From NCBI GenBank assembly GCA_031281635.1, contig JAITFC010000101.1:1-38502 (forward strand): a DNA stretch of 38,502 nucleotides, in the 5' to 3' direction. The notes beneath the pieces were generated by a model, which saw nothing but the letters and a program-made list of their open reading frames with translations, ran no database searches and was not told where the DNA came from. This document shows positions 1-9,461 of this stretch, in pieces. Within the stretch, counting starts at the first letter, position 1. Every line of letters starts with the position of its first letter. Position numbers and translations under genes: made by a program. This DNA is from Puniceicoccales bacterium. GTDB taxonomy: Bacteria; Verrucomicrobiota; Verrucomicrobiia; Opitutales; JAIRLM01.

Positions 1-170
1 AACCACACGACGCGTTCATCGCCATCCCCTACCGCCACCATTGGTTCTATATCCGCGACAACGACATTGCTTCGAAAAGCACTTTCATGCTGCTAATGAA
101 TATATTTAGCCTGCAAGCCGGTGATCCGCAAACGGTTGCGCCAACTCTCACCCTTCCCCTGCATCGCTAG
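1..170 (+). CDS. 3' end of a gene that starts upstream of the window (conserved-looking hypothetical protein C-terminus)
   Basis: The frame starting at nt 3 is open to the TAG at 168-170 and translates to PHDAFIAIPYRHHWFYIRDNDIASKSTFMLLMNIFSLQAGDPQTVAPTLTLPLHR. It is not in the ORF track because it is short and 5'-truncated. I did not recognise a family. Confidence 0.4.
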   Translation, partial: PHDAFIAIPYRHHWFYIRDNDIASKSTFMLLMNIFSLQAGDPQTVAPTLTLPLHR

Positions 171-324
171 CCACCGGTTGAAGTTGCCAACGCAGACTCA
201 AAACATTGAAAAACAAAGGTGTCTAGCTGTTAGACGAAGAAGCGGAAAGGTAATGGCACGACGACGTTAAGGCAGATTGCAAACATCGATGAGCCCGGGC
301 CCTGCTCTAAACAATTCCGGGAGT

Positions 325-2067
325 TTAGGATGCGCTGACGTTCGGAAGCAGGAATGTTACTCTGCCATTCTTAAAGCGTATATTCGCACCAAGTTCGTGC
401 AGTTTTTTGAGATTGGGAATGGTGGTTATTGGTCGTTCAATTCTAGACACTTCTGTCGTTTTCCCGGCCACTTCACTTCGCAAATCATCATCGCTGATTG
501 GAGGTTGGCGGGAAAGAAGTTCCCTGATCTTATCCGTACTGATAATTTCACCATCTTCCACGGGTGGACTTGCTCGCCATTCCACTATAATTCCCAATGT
601 TAAGGCAAAGCGTATAGCATCTGCTTCAAAAACGCCTTGATCGATATTCCCACCGCGTGGGACGATATCGGTCATTTGCAATATCTGTCCGCGCCAACCC
701 TTGGTAAACTCACATGGAATAGAAATCAGTTTTGGCGGCTCAAACTGATCATGTCTGTATTCTTCGTGGATCTCGGCAAAATTAGCGAGATTACAATCCA
801 TGCGCGATAGCGTCGGTTTTAAAAGCAATGAAGCCCTGCGCCGCCGCGCATTGCGCACGAGCAACGCATGTGTTTTGGGCTGGAAGCGTCCATCTTTCAC
901 AATCACAAAACCTTCCAATGAAGCATTGTTATGTTCAGCAAACAGTTCTTCCCCTGGAAGCAATTCGGAAATTTGCTTGGGGCCAATTGCTGTTCTATCT
1001 GGTGGTACGAGCAATACGGAGCAACGTTCCCGCAAGAGTGCCACGTCAGCAAAATCAAAGGCATCATAGGGCACCACGACCACGGCATGGTATGGAGGGG
1101 TGAAAGTTTGCAAATCACCTATTTCGCTGCGACGAATGACGGCCTTGGGAGTCCATTGCAAAGGGATGCGGCATCGGTATATCACGGGAACGTGATTCTG
1201 CCGACAAAAAGCTTCGCCCTTCGCATCTAATTTTGCATCGGAGTCTATCAACAAACATCCCCAGTTTCGGAGTGCCTGGGCAGCCAGCTGCTTAGAGCCT
1301 TTGTTAGCAAGTACAGAACCCGTGCATACGATTCCTCTACCCTCGGGCATGCGAAAATCTGTGATCTGTGATACATTGCCAACTTCCACGTCAAAGCCCC
1401 AGCAACGCAATATCTCCAGTTCATCGAAAGAAATTCCAGCAGCTTCCAAACTAGTAATTTGTAAATTTGGTTTTCTTTGCTGTAAATATTTCACATTCAT
1501 TATGCTAACATGGCTGTTTGGGTCCCGTAAATAGATACGGAGTTGTTTCAAAAGTTTTGCGTCTTCGGAGGTAATTCCTACGCGTTCTGGCTCTTCTGAC
1601 CGTATTGGCGGCGCATCGCTGGCTTCTTCCATCCCCGCAACTTCCGCTGGGTCGGGATCTACGAATTCCTCCGTATCGACGGCAGCGGCAACAAATTCCG
1701 CAATTGCTATGGCCAATCCCGGTACTGGTATTGGTGACAGTCGAGGTGGAGGTGAAGGTGGAGGTGGCAGTGCTGGTTCTTCCGTTAGAGGACGCGGAGG
1801 ATTAAAAAATAGCAAGGGGTGCCAGAAAAAAAGCATTACGGATTCCTTGCAGTTCATCCATATGGCCACTATGTAGACGACAGCGTAGGCGACCCCACCT
1901 GTGCAACAGACACCGATCCAGACAGACACCCATGCAAATCTCTGCCAAAATGTGAGTTTCCTAGTCTCAACGGTAGTGGGAGGAGAGGATGGAAGTAATA
2001 TTTGTGTATGGGTTGCGTCGTCTCTTAATTTACGCCTCGTAGTCAAATATTCGGTTTCGTCCAGCAT
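325..2067 (-). CDS. Hypothetical membrane-anchored protein with a proline-rich linker and a C-terminal domain of about 420 aa of unknown function
   Basis: The track ORF is 325..2088 with a TTG at 2088; the first ATG is at 2067 (MLDETEYL). It has a hydrophobic segment FAWVSVWIGVCCTGGVAYAVVYIVAIWM followed by PPRPLTEEPALPPPPSPPPRLSPIPVPG. No known catalytic motif was recognised. Confidence 0.6.
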   Translation of the reverse strand: MLDETEYLTTRRKLRDDATHTQILLPSSPPTTVETRKLTFWQRFAWVSVWIGVCCTGGVAYAVVYIVAIWMNCKESVMLFFWHPLLFFNPPRPLTEEPALPPPPSPPPRLSPIPVPGLAIAIAEFVAAAVDTEEFVDPDPAEVAGMEEASDAPPIRSEEPERVGITSEDAKLLKQLRIYLRDPNSHVSIMNVKYLQQRKPNLQITSLEAAGISFDELEILRCWGFDVEVGNVSQITDFRMPEGRGIVCTGSVLANKGSKQLAAQALRNWGCLLIDSDAKLDAKGEAFCRQNHVPVIYRCRIPLQWTPKAVIRRSEIGDLQTFTPPYHAVVVVPYDAFDFADVALLRERCSVLLVPPDRTAIGPKQISELLPGEELFAEHNNASLEGFVIVKDGRFQPKTHALLVRNARRRRASLLLKPTLSRMDCNLANFAEIHEEYRHDQFEPPKLISIPCEFTKGWRGQILQMTDIVPRGGNIDQGVFEADAIRFALTLGIIVEWRASPPVEDGEIISTDKIRELLSRQPPISDDDLRSEVAGKTTEVSRIERPITTIPNLKKLHELGANIRFKNGRVTFLLPNVSAS

Positions 2068-2411
2068 CACACATCGAATACTGCGCAATGAAAAAAAAGC
2101 AAGAAAATTATCACTATAAAATATTGCAATCTACGACTGGACAGTTTTGGTGCACTTACACAATAGACATTTTTCAAAAGTCAGATAAAATGTTTAAAAC
2201 CCCTCATAAACAGCCAGTTTCCGAGGGTTTTGAAAAATGTCTAATGGATCACGACTTAGCTGTTTAACGTTATGCGATTTCTTGTTCGCAACAAGGAATT
2301 ATGCTGCCAACTTGCTCCTCTTTTTTCGGTCAAATGGGCCGTTGTTCCCCATGCGCAAATGCTTATGCCCTCGAATTGTACGCACATCTTTGAACGATCC
2401 ATAAAAAAATC

Positions 2412-2439
2412 TTGCCATTGAAAAAAGATCAAAGAGAAT
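2412..2439 (+). promoter_or_regulatory. Putative sigma70-like promoter for plsY (TTGCCA-16 nt-GAGAAT)
   Basis: The -35-like TTGCCA lies at 2412-2417 and the -10-like GAGAAT at 2434-2439. The plsY GTG at 2446 is only 6 nt downstream, which suggests a leaderless or near-leaderless mRNA. Confidence 0.3.
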
Positions 2440-2445
2440 CGCCCT

Positions 2446-3060
2446 GTGAGTTGCCAATTTCTGTTTTTCTGCGCGCTGCTGTTGGCCTATGTGCTGGGGT
2501 CCATCCCTTTCGGGTTCTTGGTGGCTAAAGCACGTGGTACGAATATCTTAGCCGTAGGTTCTGGAAATATGGGAGCCACAAATGTGCGTCGTACGGTGGG
2601 GCGCTGGGCAGGTATTTCTGTCTTCTTTCTCGATGCGGCCAAGGGGTTTCTGGCGCTTCACATCACACGAGTTTTTCCAAAATCGGCACTCGACCCATCA
2701 GTTCTTGCTGCTGCGGCACTCACCGGAGCGTTTTTAGGCCATAATTTCTCAATTTTTCTGAAATTTCGCGGCGGGAAGGGGGTTTCCGTCACGATCGGAG
2801 GACTTTTATCCCTCATGCCCAATGTGTTATTTATTGGATTACTCACGTGGGTAGTCGTTTTCGCCGCAACGCGTTTCGTCTCTCTGGCCTCGGTTTGCTT
2901 CAGTTTGACTCTGCCACTCTGCTCCTATTTATTCGCCTATCCATTCGTGCTAAACTTCCTGATTCTAGCTATTTCCGCATTCATCATAGGGCGACATTTA
3001 TCAAATATCCGCCGCCTCATCGCGGGAACGGAATATCGTTTCGAGAGGCGAGAAACCTAG
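2446..3060 (+). CDS. plsY: Glycerol-3-phosphate acyltransferase PlsY
   Basis: Motifs AYVLGSIPFGFLVAK, GSGNMGATNV, LDAAKG and GHNFSIFLKFRGGKGVS are present. The protein is polytopic and 204 aa long. Confidence 0.9.
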   Translation: MSCQFLFFCALLLAYVLGSIPFGFLVAKARGTNILAVGSGNMGATNVRRTVGRWAGISVFFLDAAKGFLALHITRVFPKSALDPSVLAAAALTGAFLGHNFSIFLKFRGGKGVSVTIGGLLSLMPNVLFIGLLTWVVVFAATRFVSLASVCFSLTLPLCSYLFAYPFVLNFLILAISAFIIGRHLSNIRRLIAGTEYRFERRET

Positions 3061-3075
3061 CGATGGAGCACTCCC

Positions 3076-4275
3076 ATGGACGCCGATGCACCGCAGGGTC
3101 GCGTGGACTGCCTCCTCAACGAAATTTTGCGCAATGCCATCGAGGAGCGGGCCTCGGATGTTCACATTGAGCCGTTTACAACTCTCATTCGCCTACGTTT
3201 TCGCGTGGATGGGCGATTGCGGGAGAGGGGGACGCTGGAGCCGCAACTACTCGGAGCGTTGTTGCTGCGTCTAAAGATTTTATCGCGAATTCCAGTGGAT
3301 TGTTCGGCATTGCCGCAGGATGGAAAATGGCTCTACGAGGGAGAGAATGGGGCAATTGACGTGCGTGTTTCCATAATTCCCTTCCTGCACGGCGAGGGAG
3401 CCGTTCTGCGCATTTTGACCGTTGCCACCGCCACGTCGGATCCGAGGCAACTGGGTTTTGACGAAGAAACAGCTGCTGCGTTACAACGAGTTATTCGCGG
3501 GAACAGTGGACTCTTGCTGGTAACGGGGCCAACGGGATGCGGAAAATCCACAACAATTCACACACTTTTGCGCGGTTTGAATGACGGGACGAGGAAAATC
3601 ATCACCGTGGAAGATCCGGTGGAATACGCGGCCGATGGTATTCAATCGGTCCAAGTGAATGAGTCACAGGGACTTGGCTTTGCAGATGTTTTGCGGTCTG
3701 TGCTGCGGCAGACTCCCGATGTGCTCTTTGTGGGAGAAATTCGCGATGAAAAAACTGCTGCCATCGCTATTCAGGCAGCGCTCACGGGACATTTCGTTTG
3801 CAGCACTTTACATTGCAATGACGCCGCAGGAGCCATCGTGCGCCTACGGCAATTGGGGATTCGTCCACACCTCATTGCAGCCACTTTGCGAGGTGTTTTG
3901 TCCCAAAGACTTGTGCGCAAATTGTGTCCTCACTGTCGAATTTCTCGCGCAGGAGGTAGTGCAGCAGTTCACAATGATGGTCGCATATTTCATCCCAACG
4001 GCTGTCCCCGTTGCAAATTTTGCGGTTATTTTGGGCAAACAGTTCTCTACGAGTGGCTCCCGCTGCAAACCCAAAACTTACTTGACGAAAAAATGTTGCA
4101 CACGCATCTCGTGCCAGACCTGGTAACGTGTGCGCATCGAAAAGTTTTTTCCGGAGAAACGTCTCCGGAAGAAATTTACGCCGTAACCATCTGTGATAAT
4201 GCAGCCTTTCGCTTTGACGTTGGCGATGAGAACGGCTGGAGCATGGCGAAATCTGGAAAAGATTTTTTATTATAA
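3076..4275 (+). CDS. GspE/PilB-family secretion ATPase, core domain only (399 aa)
   Basis: It has Walker A GPTGCGKST, Asp box ITVEDPVEY, Walker B VLFVGEIRD and His box TGHFVCSTLH. It also has the tetracysteine motif CPHC...CPRC typical of GspE/PilB. The long N-terminal domains are absent. Confidence 0.85.
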   Translation: MDADAPQGRVDCLLNEILRNAIEERASDVHIEPFTTLIRLRFRVDGRLRERGTLEPQLLGALLLRLKILSRIPVDCSALPQDGKWLYEGENGAIDVRVSIIPFLHGEGAVLRILTVATATSDPRQLGFDEETAAALQRVIRGNSGLLLVTGPTGCGKSTTIHTLLRGLNDGTRKIITVEDPVEYAADGIQSVQVNESQGLGFADVLRSVLRQTPDVLFVGEIRDEKTAAIAIQAALTGHFVCSTLHCNDAAGAIVRLRQLGIRPHLIAATLRGVLSQRLVRKLCPHCRISRAGGSAAVHNDGRIFHPNGCPRCKFCGYFGQTVLYEWLPLQTQNLLDEKMLHTHLVPDLVTCAHRKVFSGETSPEEIYAVTICDNAAFRFDVGDENGWSMAKSGKDFLL

Positions 4276-4321
4276 ACGTTGCATCGCGTGGCACATGTGC
4301 AATTTTTTGCGCGGTTTGTTC

Positions 4322-5896
4322 ATGACTTTGGGAACGTCAAAGAAAAGTGTGGAAGAGCGGTCGATGGTGGCCGTGTCCCTTGCAACGGTGGCATCACGGA
4401 TTTCTGGGTTGTTGCGCGACATGGTTTTATTTGCGCTACTTGGTCTGACCGATTGGAGTAGTGCATTTCTTTTTGCCCTGACTGTGCCGAATCTCTTTCG
4501 CCGGTTGCTGGGGGAGGGCGCACTCACATCTGCAATGGTGCCACTTTTCGCGGAAACTCTCGAAGAACAGTCGCAGCAGCAAGCATTTGCGTTTTTAAAC
4601 CGCATTTTATCGCGACTTAGCATTATTTTATTTGCGATCATTGCATTTTTCGTCGTCATTTTTCTTTTTGTGTGGCCGGCTCTTCCGGCGCATTGGCAAC
4701 GGGCGCTGGGACTTACAACGATATTGGTTCCCTATCTGCTCTTCGTTTGTCCAACGGCCATGTTGAGCGGTGCGCTAAATGTTCTCGGCTCCTTTGGATT
4801 ACCCGCATTAACGGCTCTGCTGCTGAATCTTAGCATGTTATTTGCCGGTATAATTGCGCTTTTGCGTTTCCCTGCGGGGGGCCTTCCGGCGGCGCTAATT
4901 CTCTGTGTCAGTGTTCTGGTTGGGGGTATAATTCAGCTGATACTTCCGTGGAAGTTACTACGCCGTCGCGGCTGGAAATTCCGCTGGGACCACTCCACTA
5001 GTCCGATCCTGAGCCGTCTCTGGCGTATTTTTCTGCCGGCGGTTCTTGGTGCGGCCATGGTGCAGATCAACGTCACCATTTCACGACTCATCGCCTACGC
5101 TTTCACATCCAGCGGTATCTCAACACTTTACCTCTCCAGTCGCCTCGTCGAAGTTCCACTGGGTATTTTCGCCATTGCTATCACATCTGTCGCATTTCCA
5201 GGACTTTCCCGCCTCGCAACGGAAACGAAACGAAATATTTTTGGTGAACGCTATCGCCACGCGCACTGGTCTATTTTGATGGTCACCATCCCATCCGCAA
5301 TTGGTTTGATCTTGCTCGGCAAGAATATCTTAACAGCACTTTTTGCCTGGGGCAACTATTCCGGGAGCGACATCATGCAGACTTTCCCCGTGCTCGCAAT
5401 TTCTGCCATTGGGATTCCATTTTTTGCCGTTGTCGGCATCGACACGCGGGCATTTCACGCCAAACAGGACATGAAAACGCCGCTGCGGATCGCTTGTTGG
5501 GGCATTTTTTGCAATATTTTTCTCACCATCATTTTGGCAAAATTTTTTGGTGCCGCGGGGATTGCACTCTCCAATGTTCTGTCCGCCATGTTGCAATGGG
5601 TTCTGCTGCGCAAGCAATTATCGCACGCACTAAGCGGTGGAACGGAACCTCGACGCGAAGTCCGCAAGACACTCATCCTCGCCTGTGCCAACGGGTTGCT
5701 CCTACTTTTCCTCCTCGCCGTGAGCCACTTATGGGATACATCCCTGCCTCCTCGTGTCGACGCACTCCTCCACCTTTGCGTTGTCATTCCCGTAGTCGTT
5801 ATTGGCTATGTAACGTTTTTGCAAATCTTTCGCTTTGAGGAAGTAAGCCTATTTTTTTCCTTCCTGCGTCCTTCCCGGGGGTGGCGAAAAAAATGA
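4322..5896 (+). CDS. murJ: Lipid II flippase MurJ (MviN)
   Basis: The track ORF starts at 4193 and overlaps the upstream gene. ATG 4322 gives MTLGTSKK...VSLATVASRISGLLRDMVLFALLG, a typical MurJ N-terminus (alternative ATG at 4295). The protein has many transmembrane segments throughout. Confidence 0.85.
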   Translation: MTLGTSKKSVEERSMVAVSLATVASRISGLLRDMVLFALLGLTDWSSAFLFALTVPNLFRRLLGEGALTSAMVPLFAETLEEQSQQQAFAFLNRILSRLSIILFAIIAFFVVIFLFVWPALPAHWQRALGLTTILVPYLLFVCPTAMLSGALNVLGSFGLPALTALLLNLSMLFAGIIALLRFPAGGLPAALILCVSVLVGGIIQLILPWKLLRRRGWKFRWDHSTSPILSRLWRIFLPAVLGAAMVQINVTISRLIAYAFTSSGISTLYLSSRLVEVPLGIFAIAITSVAFPGLSRLATETKRNIFGERYRHAHWSILMVTIPSAIGLILLGKNILTALFAWGNYSGSDIMQTFPVLAISAIGIPFFAVVGIDTRAFHAKQDMKTPLRIACWGIFCNIFLTIILAKFFGAAGIALSNVLSAMLQWVLLRKQLSHALSGGTEPRREVRKTLILACANGLLLLFLLAVSHLWDTSLPPRVDALLHLCVVIPVVVIGYVTFLQIFRFEEVSLFFSFLRPSRGWRKK

Positions 5897-7416
5897 ATCA
5901 GCAAATTGCAAATTCCTGGGGGCGATTATTCCCAGAATTTTCCGATAAATTCCCATTGCACACACCTGTTGCCGTTCTGGCAAGTCATACCCAGCAACTG
6001 CAACGTGTTCCAACAGAGACCGTTGGCCTGCGCATATTTTTCGCAATCCGCGGTTTTCGCTTTGACGGACACGATTTTCTCGATGAGGCGGTCACCTTTG
6101 GCGCGGATGTCCTTGTGGTGGAAGAAGATTTTCTGGGTTCTGTCCCAACCGATAAGGCGATAATTCCCGTAAAACATGTTCAACGGCAATGGGTTAAGGT
6201 TCAGCAAAGGCGTTTTAACAGTCCCGACGAAAAACTGCGCATTCACGCGGTCACAGGGACGGATGGAAAAACAACGACTGTTTTCGCTCTGCAGCAACTT
6301 CTTGGGAAAACTTGCGCGCGCATGGGCACGATAGACAGACAAGCAGGTTTTGATTTGTTAGCCGACATTTCAACATTGACAACTGCCGATGCCGCAGATA
6401 CTTATCGTTTTTTACAACTGGCATGTGATAGCGGATGCACAGATGTTGCCATGGAGATGAGTTCCCACGCCCTCGTCGGAGAGCGCCTTTTCGGCCTCAA
6501 AATTGAGAGCGCTGTCTTCACCAATCTCACCCGCGAACATCTCGATTTTCACAGAACTTTGCCGATGTACTTTGACGCAAAGTGCAGACTGTTCGATGGT
6601 TGCGGCAATCATTGCGTGCGACATTGCGCCATAAATGAAGACGATGCGTGGGGAAAAAAATTGCTAAAAAATTTGCGAGAGGCGGCAAAAACATCTCCGA
6701 GCGGTCAAAAAATTTGCGCATTTGGCTCCGATTCCGACTGTGATGTACAACTTTTGCAGCGCACTCCAGACGAAGATGGGCAGCTGTTTCAACTGCGAAT
6801 TGGCGAAAAAAAATTTGATGCGCGCACACGGCTATTGGGCCATTTCAATGCCATGAATCTTCTTGGCGCGCTAGCAATTGCGTCATTTTTTTCAAATCTA
6901 GATGAATTGCTCGAGCGATTGGCAACGGTTATTGCGCCGCCGGGACGTTTGGAGCGAATCCCGTTATCATGTGGGTCAACCGGGTTCGTTGACTATGCAC
7001 ATACGCCAAATGCCCTACAAGCAGCTCTGGGAGCCTTACGAGAGCATTTTCCGCAAAGGCGAATTATCGTCGTTTTTGGCTGTGGAGGGAATCGCGACAG
7101 AGGCAAGCGGCCATTCATGGGGCGAACTGCAGAACTGCTTGCGGATGAGGTAATTGTGACTTCTGATAACCCGCGCGATGAGTGTCCGATCACCATTTGC
7201 GGGGAAATTTGCGGAGGTTTTTTAGGTGCGCGACCGAAAATTATCACTGACCGCGCGGAGGCTATTTCTCTCGGAGTGGGTTTGGCTAAAAAAAATAATT
7301 CCATCCTACTCGTCGCAGGGAAGGGGCATGAACAAACGCAAATCATTGGTGATAAAAAAGTTCCGTTTTATGATGCGAGCGTAATGCGCACTTGTGCTGC
7401 ACGGACAGAAATATAG
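5881..7416 (+). CDS. murE: UDP-N-acetylmuramoyl-L-alanyl-D-glutamate--2,6-diaminopimelate ligase MurE
   Basis: It has the P-loop VTGTDGKTTT, MEMSSHAL, and DYAHTP...GCGGNRDRGKRP...TSDNPRDE (DNPR motif). The start is GTG 5881 or ATG 5893, overlapping the murJ end. Confidence 0.9.
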   Translation: MAKKMNQQIANSWGRLFPEFSDKFPLHTPVAVLASHTQQLQRVPTETVGLRIFFAIRGFRFDGHDFLDEAVTFGADVLVVEEDFLGSVPTDKAIIPVKHVQRQWVKVQQRRFNSPDEKLRIHAVTGTDGKTTTVFALQQLLGKTCARMGTIDRQAGFDLLADISTLTTADAADTYRFLQLACDSGCTDVAMEMSSHALVGERLFGLKIESAVFTNLTREHLDFHRTLPMYFDAKCRLFDGCGNHCVRHCAINEDDAWGKKLLKNLREAAKTSPSGQKICAFGSDSDCDVQLLQRTPDEDGQLFQLRIGEKKFDARTRLLGHFNAMNLLGALAIASFFSNLDELLERLATVIAPPGRLERIPLSCGSTGFVDYAHTPNALQAALGALREHFPQRRIIVVFGCGGNRDRGKRPFMGRTAELLADEVIVTSDNPRDECPITICGEICGGFLGARPKIITDRAEAISLGVGLAKKNNSILLVAGKGHEQTQIIGDKKVPFYDASVMRTCAARTEI

Positions 7417-8734
7417 GAAAATTGCGGTGGACAACGATTTGCGACAATTGAACTTGGAGGAACAAACGGGAGGAAAATGGTTCCCTCATCCGCCGCAAAA
7501 TCCCATCGTCGGAATACATTTTGATTCGAGGGAACTGTCTCCGGGAGAAATGTTTATTGCAATTGGAGATCCGAAAAAAAATTCTGGTCATAAATTTTTA
7601 GCGCACGCACAACGGAGGGGGGCGTCTGCTGCAATTGTAATGGAATTTCACGAAGAACTCACTCTACCGCAACTACTTGTGCAAGATAGTACGGCAGCGT
7701 TCCAAAGCATCGCCACCGCTTATCGAAAAACGTTGCCAACGGAAATTATCGCCGTCGCCGGCAGTTACGGAAAAACAACCACGAAAGATCTTCTCACATT
7801 GCTATTGGGACCTAGAACTTATAAGACAAGTGAGAATCAAAATAGTCAACTTGGAACCCCTCTTAATGTGCTAAAAATTTCCTCAAAACTACATCTTCGC
7901 GCTGTGATTGAAGTTGGTATTGAGAAACCTGGAGACATGCAAAAGCAAACGGAAATTGTCCGCGCAAAACATGTTATATTCACTGGAATTTCCCATAAAC
8001 ACGTTGAATTTTTTTCGACGCGAGAAGAGTTGCTATTAGAGAAGTTGCATATCGCAAAATATATTGCGCAGCAAAGAGGGAAATTTGTCGCAGAAAAATC
8101 GCTATCTCAACATTATTTATTGCGCAATTTGCGTGAATGCATCATCTGCACAGAAGATACAATTGAAGACTTTCGCTTCCCGACTCCATCATCCGGTTTC
8201 AGGAAAGCATTTTCTCTCTGTCATTGTCTCTGCAAACACTTAGGCATTTCCCATGAAGACATGCGCGATCGCTTGCGCAACTGGGAAGCTTCAAGATTAC
8301 GCGAACAAATACTTATGCATAAAACTAAAGAGCAGATATTTTACGTCGATTGCTACAATAGCGACATAGAGCCATTACTAAATTCCGCAAAGACGTTTTT
8401 TAATCTTTTTCACTTGCAAAAACGCTTATTCGTCATAGGAGGAATGTCTGGACTCGGATTCGCATCCAAAGTGCTACACGAAAAAGCTGGAAAATTGATT
8501 CCATTTTCCGCAAACGACCATTTCATTTTTGTCGGCAATGAAACGGCTCCAATGCTTGTGGCGCTACGAGGGAGAGGTTTGCCGGAAGGGAATGCGCAAA
8601 TTTTCCCGCAAAAAACGGAATCCATAAAAGAAATTATAAACAACTTTCGCGGAGCAGTTTACCTAAAAGGCAGCCGCTGCTACGCCCTGGAAACGCTAAT
8701 TGATTTTGACAACTGTCGACCATTTGTCTACTAA
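7394..8734 (+). CDS. murF: UDP-N-acetylmuramoyl-tripeptide--D-alanyl-D-alanine ligase MurF
   Basis: Motifs DSRELSPGEMFIAI, VAGSYGKTTTKDLL, NQNSQLGTPLN, DCYNSD, IGGMSGLG and LKGSRCYALE are present. The start is uncertain: GTG 7394 overlaps murE by 23 nt, and GTG 7427 is the alternative. Confidence 0.85.
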   Translation: MLHGQKYRKIAVDNDLRQLNLEEQTGGKWFPHPPQNPIVGIHFDSRELSPGEMFIAIGDPKKNSGHKFLAHAQRRGASAAIVMEFHEELTLPQLLVQDSTAAFQSIATAYRKTLPTEIIAVAGSYGKTTTKDLLTLLLGPRTYKTSENQNSQLGTPLNVLKISSKLHLRAVIEVGIEKPGDMQKQTEIVRAKHVIFTGISHKHVEFFSTREELLLEKLHIAKYIAQQRGKFVAEKSLSQHYLLRNLRECIICTEDTIEDFRFPTPSSGFRKAFSLCHCLCKHLGISHEDMRDRLRNWEASRLREQILMHKTKEQIFYVDCYNSDIEPLLNSAKTFFNLFHLQKRLFVIGGMSGLGFASKVLHEKAGKLIPFSANDHFIFVGNETAPMLVALRGRGLPEGNAQIFPQKTESIKEIINNFRGAVYLKGSRCYALETLIDFDNCRPFVY

Positions 8735-8935
8735 ATTCCTTGTGTTGGGTTTTATACGAATTTTACGCGTGCTGTCTCTGGTCCTTCATTTGCTAGCGCG
8801 GTGGATGGGCGTGCGCATTTGGACCGATCCGCTTGCCGGAATTGCACTTCTGGTAAAAAAAATTCGCTGCGAAAGCGGTCCCAGAGCTATTATTTTTCTC
8901 GCAATCACCTGTGCGTTGACCATTTTTCTGCTGCC

Positions 8936-9454
8936 ATGAATAACTTAATCTTCGCCATTTCAATGCTCGTCACTTTCTGCGTATTCTTCTCGCTATTACG
9001 CGAAATGCCATACGTTGATAGTTCGCGAACAACGTCTCTTTTCGTTGAAATGTCAATATCTTTAGTAATTCTTTGTTTTTACGACAAATGGCGAGTTGTT
9101 GGCTTGCTGCTCTATTATTCCATTTTCCCATTTTGCACCACTCTACATTGGTGGCTAGTTAAACCTCGTATTTCGCGGCATTTCGCGCTAATAATGCGAA
9201 ATTTTCTACCGCTCCTATTTGCCGATGGAATAATTACTCATAAAATCTATGCATTGCCATTTATCGTATTAGCTGTTCCGCATTCCTTGCTGCATTTCAT
9301 AGACGTAAATATTAGGCGATCCAAATTCGTGAATGCGGCGCTTGTCTTTAACTGTATTTTGCCAATTTTTCTAATTCGAAAACTATTTATTCCATTTTTA
9401 CTAGTTTTGAGCTTGCAATTCGCTTTACTGCATGCTGCTATGCATCGGAGGTAG
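8936..9454 (+). CDS. Hypothetical polytopic membrane protein (172 aa), AT-rich ORFan
   Basis: ATG 8936 gives MNNLIFAISMLVTFCVFFSLL... with about 5 hydrophobic segments. The upstream part of track ORF 8801..9454 is hydrophilic junk. A hand count of nt 9361-9420 gives 16/60 G+C. Confidence 0.5.
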   Translation: MNNLIFAISMLVTFCVFFSLLREMPYVDSSRTTSLFVEMSISLVILCFYDKWRVVGLLLYYSIFPFCTTLHWWLVKPRISRHFALIMRNFLPLLFADGIITHKIYALPFIVLAVPHSLLHFIDVNIRRSKFVNAALVFNCILPIFLIRKLFIPFLLVLSLQFALLHAAMHRR

Positions 9455-9461
9455 ACTATTT

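Noticed and set aside
2237-2404. A 55-aa Cys-rich small ORF in the spacer upstream of plsY
   Set aside because: It has no Shine-Dalgarno or promoter-like context, an odd composition, and no signal peptide or TM segment. It is probably a chance ORF in an AT-rich spacer.
8700-8939. A 79-aa ORF (or a 44-aa version from ATG 8805) ending in an ATGA overlap with the 8936 membrane gene
   Set aside because: The ATGA overlap and the hydrophobic tail are suggestive. However, the ORF starts inside murF, its only in-frame ATG gives a 44-aa peptide, and I have no conservation evidence. It is mentioned under the 8936-10151 finding rather than called as a feature.
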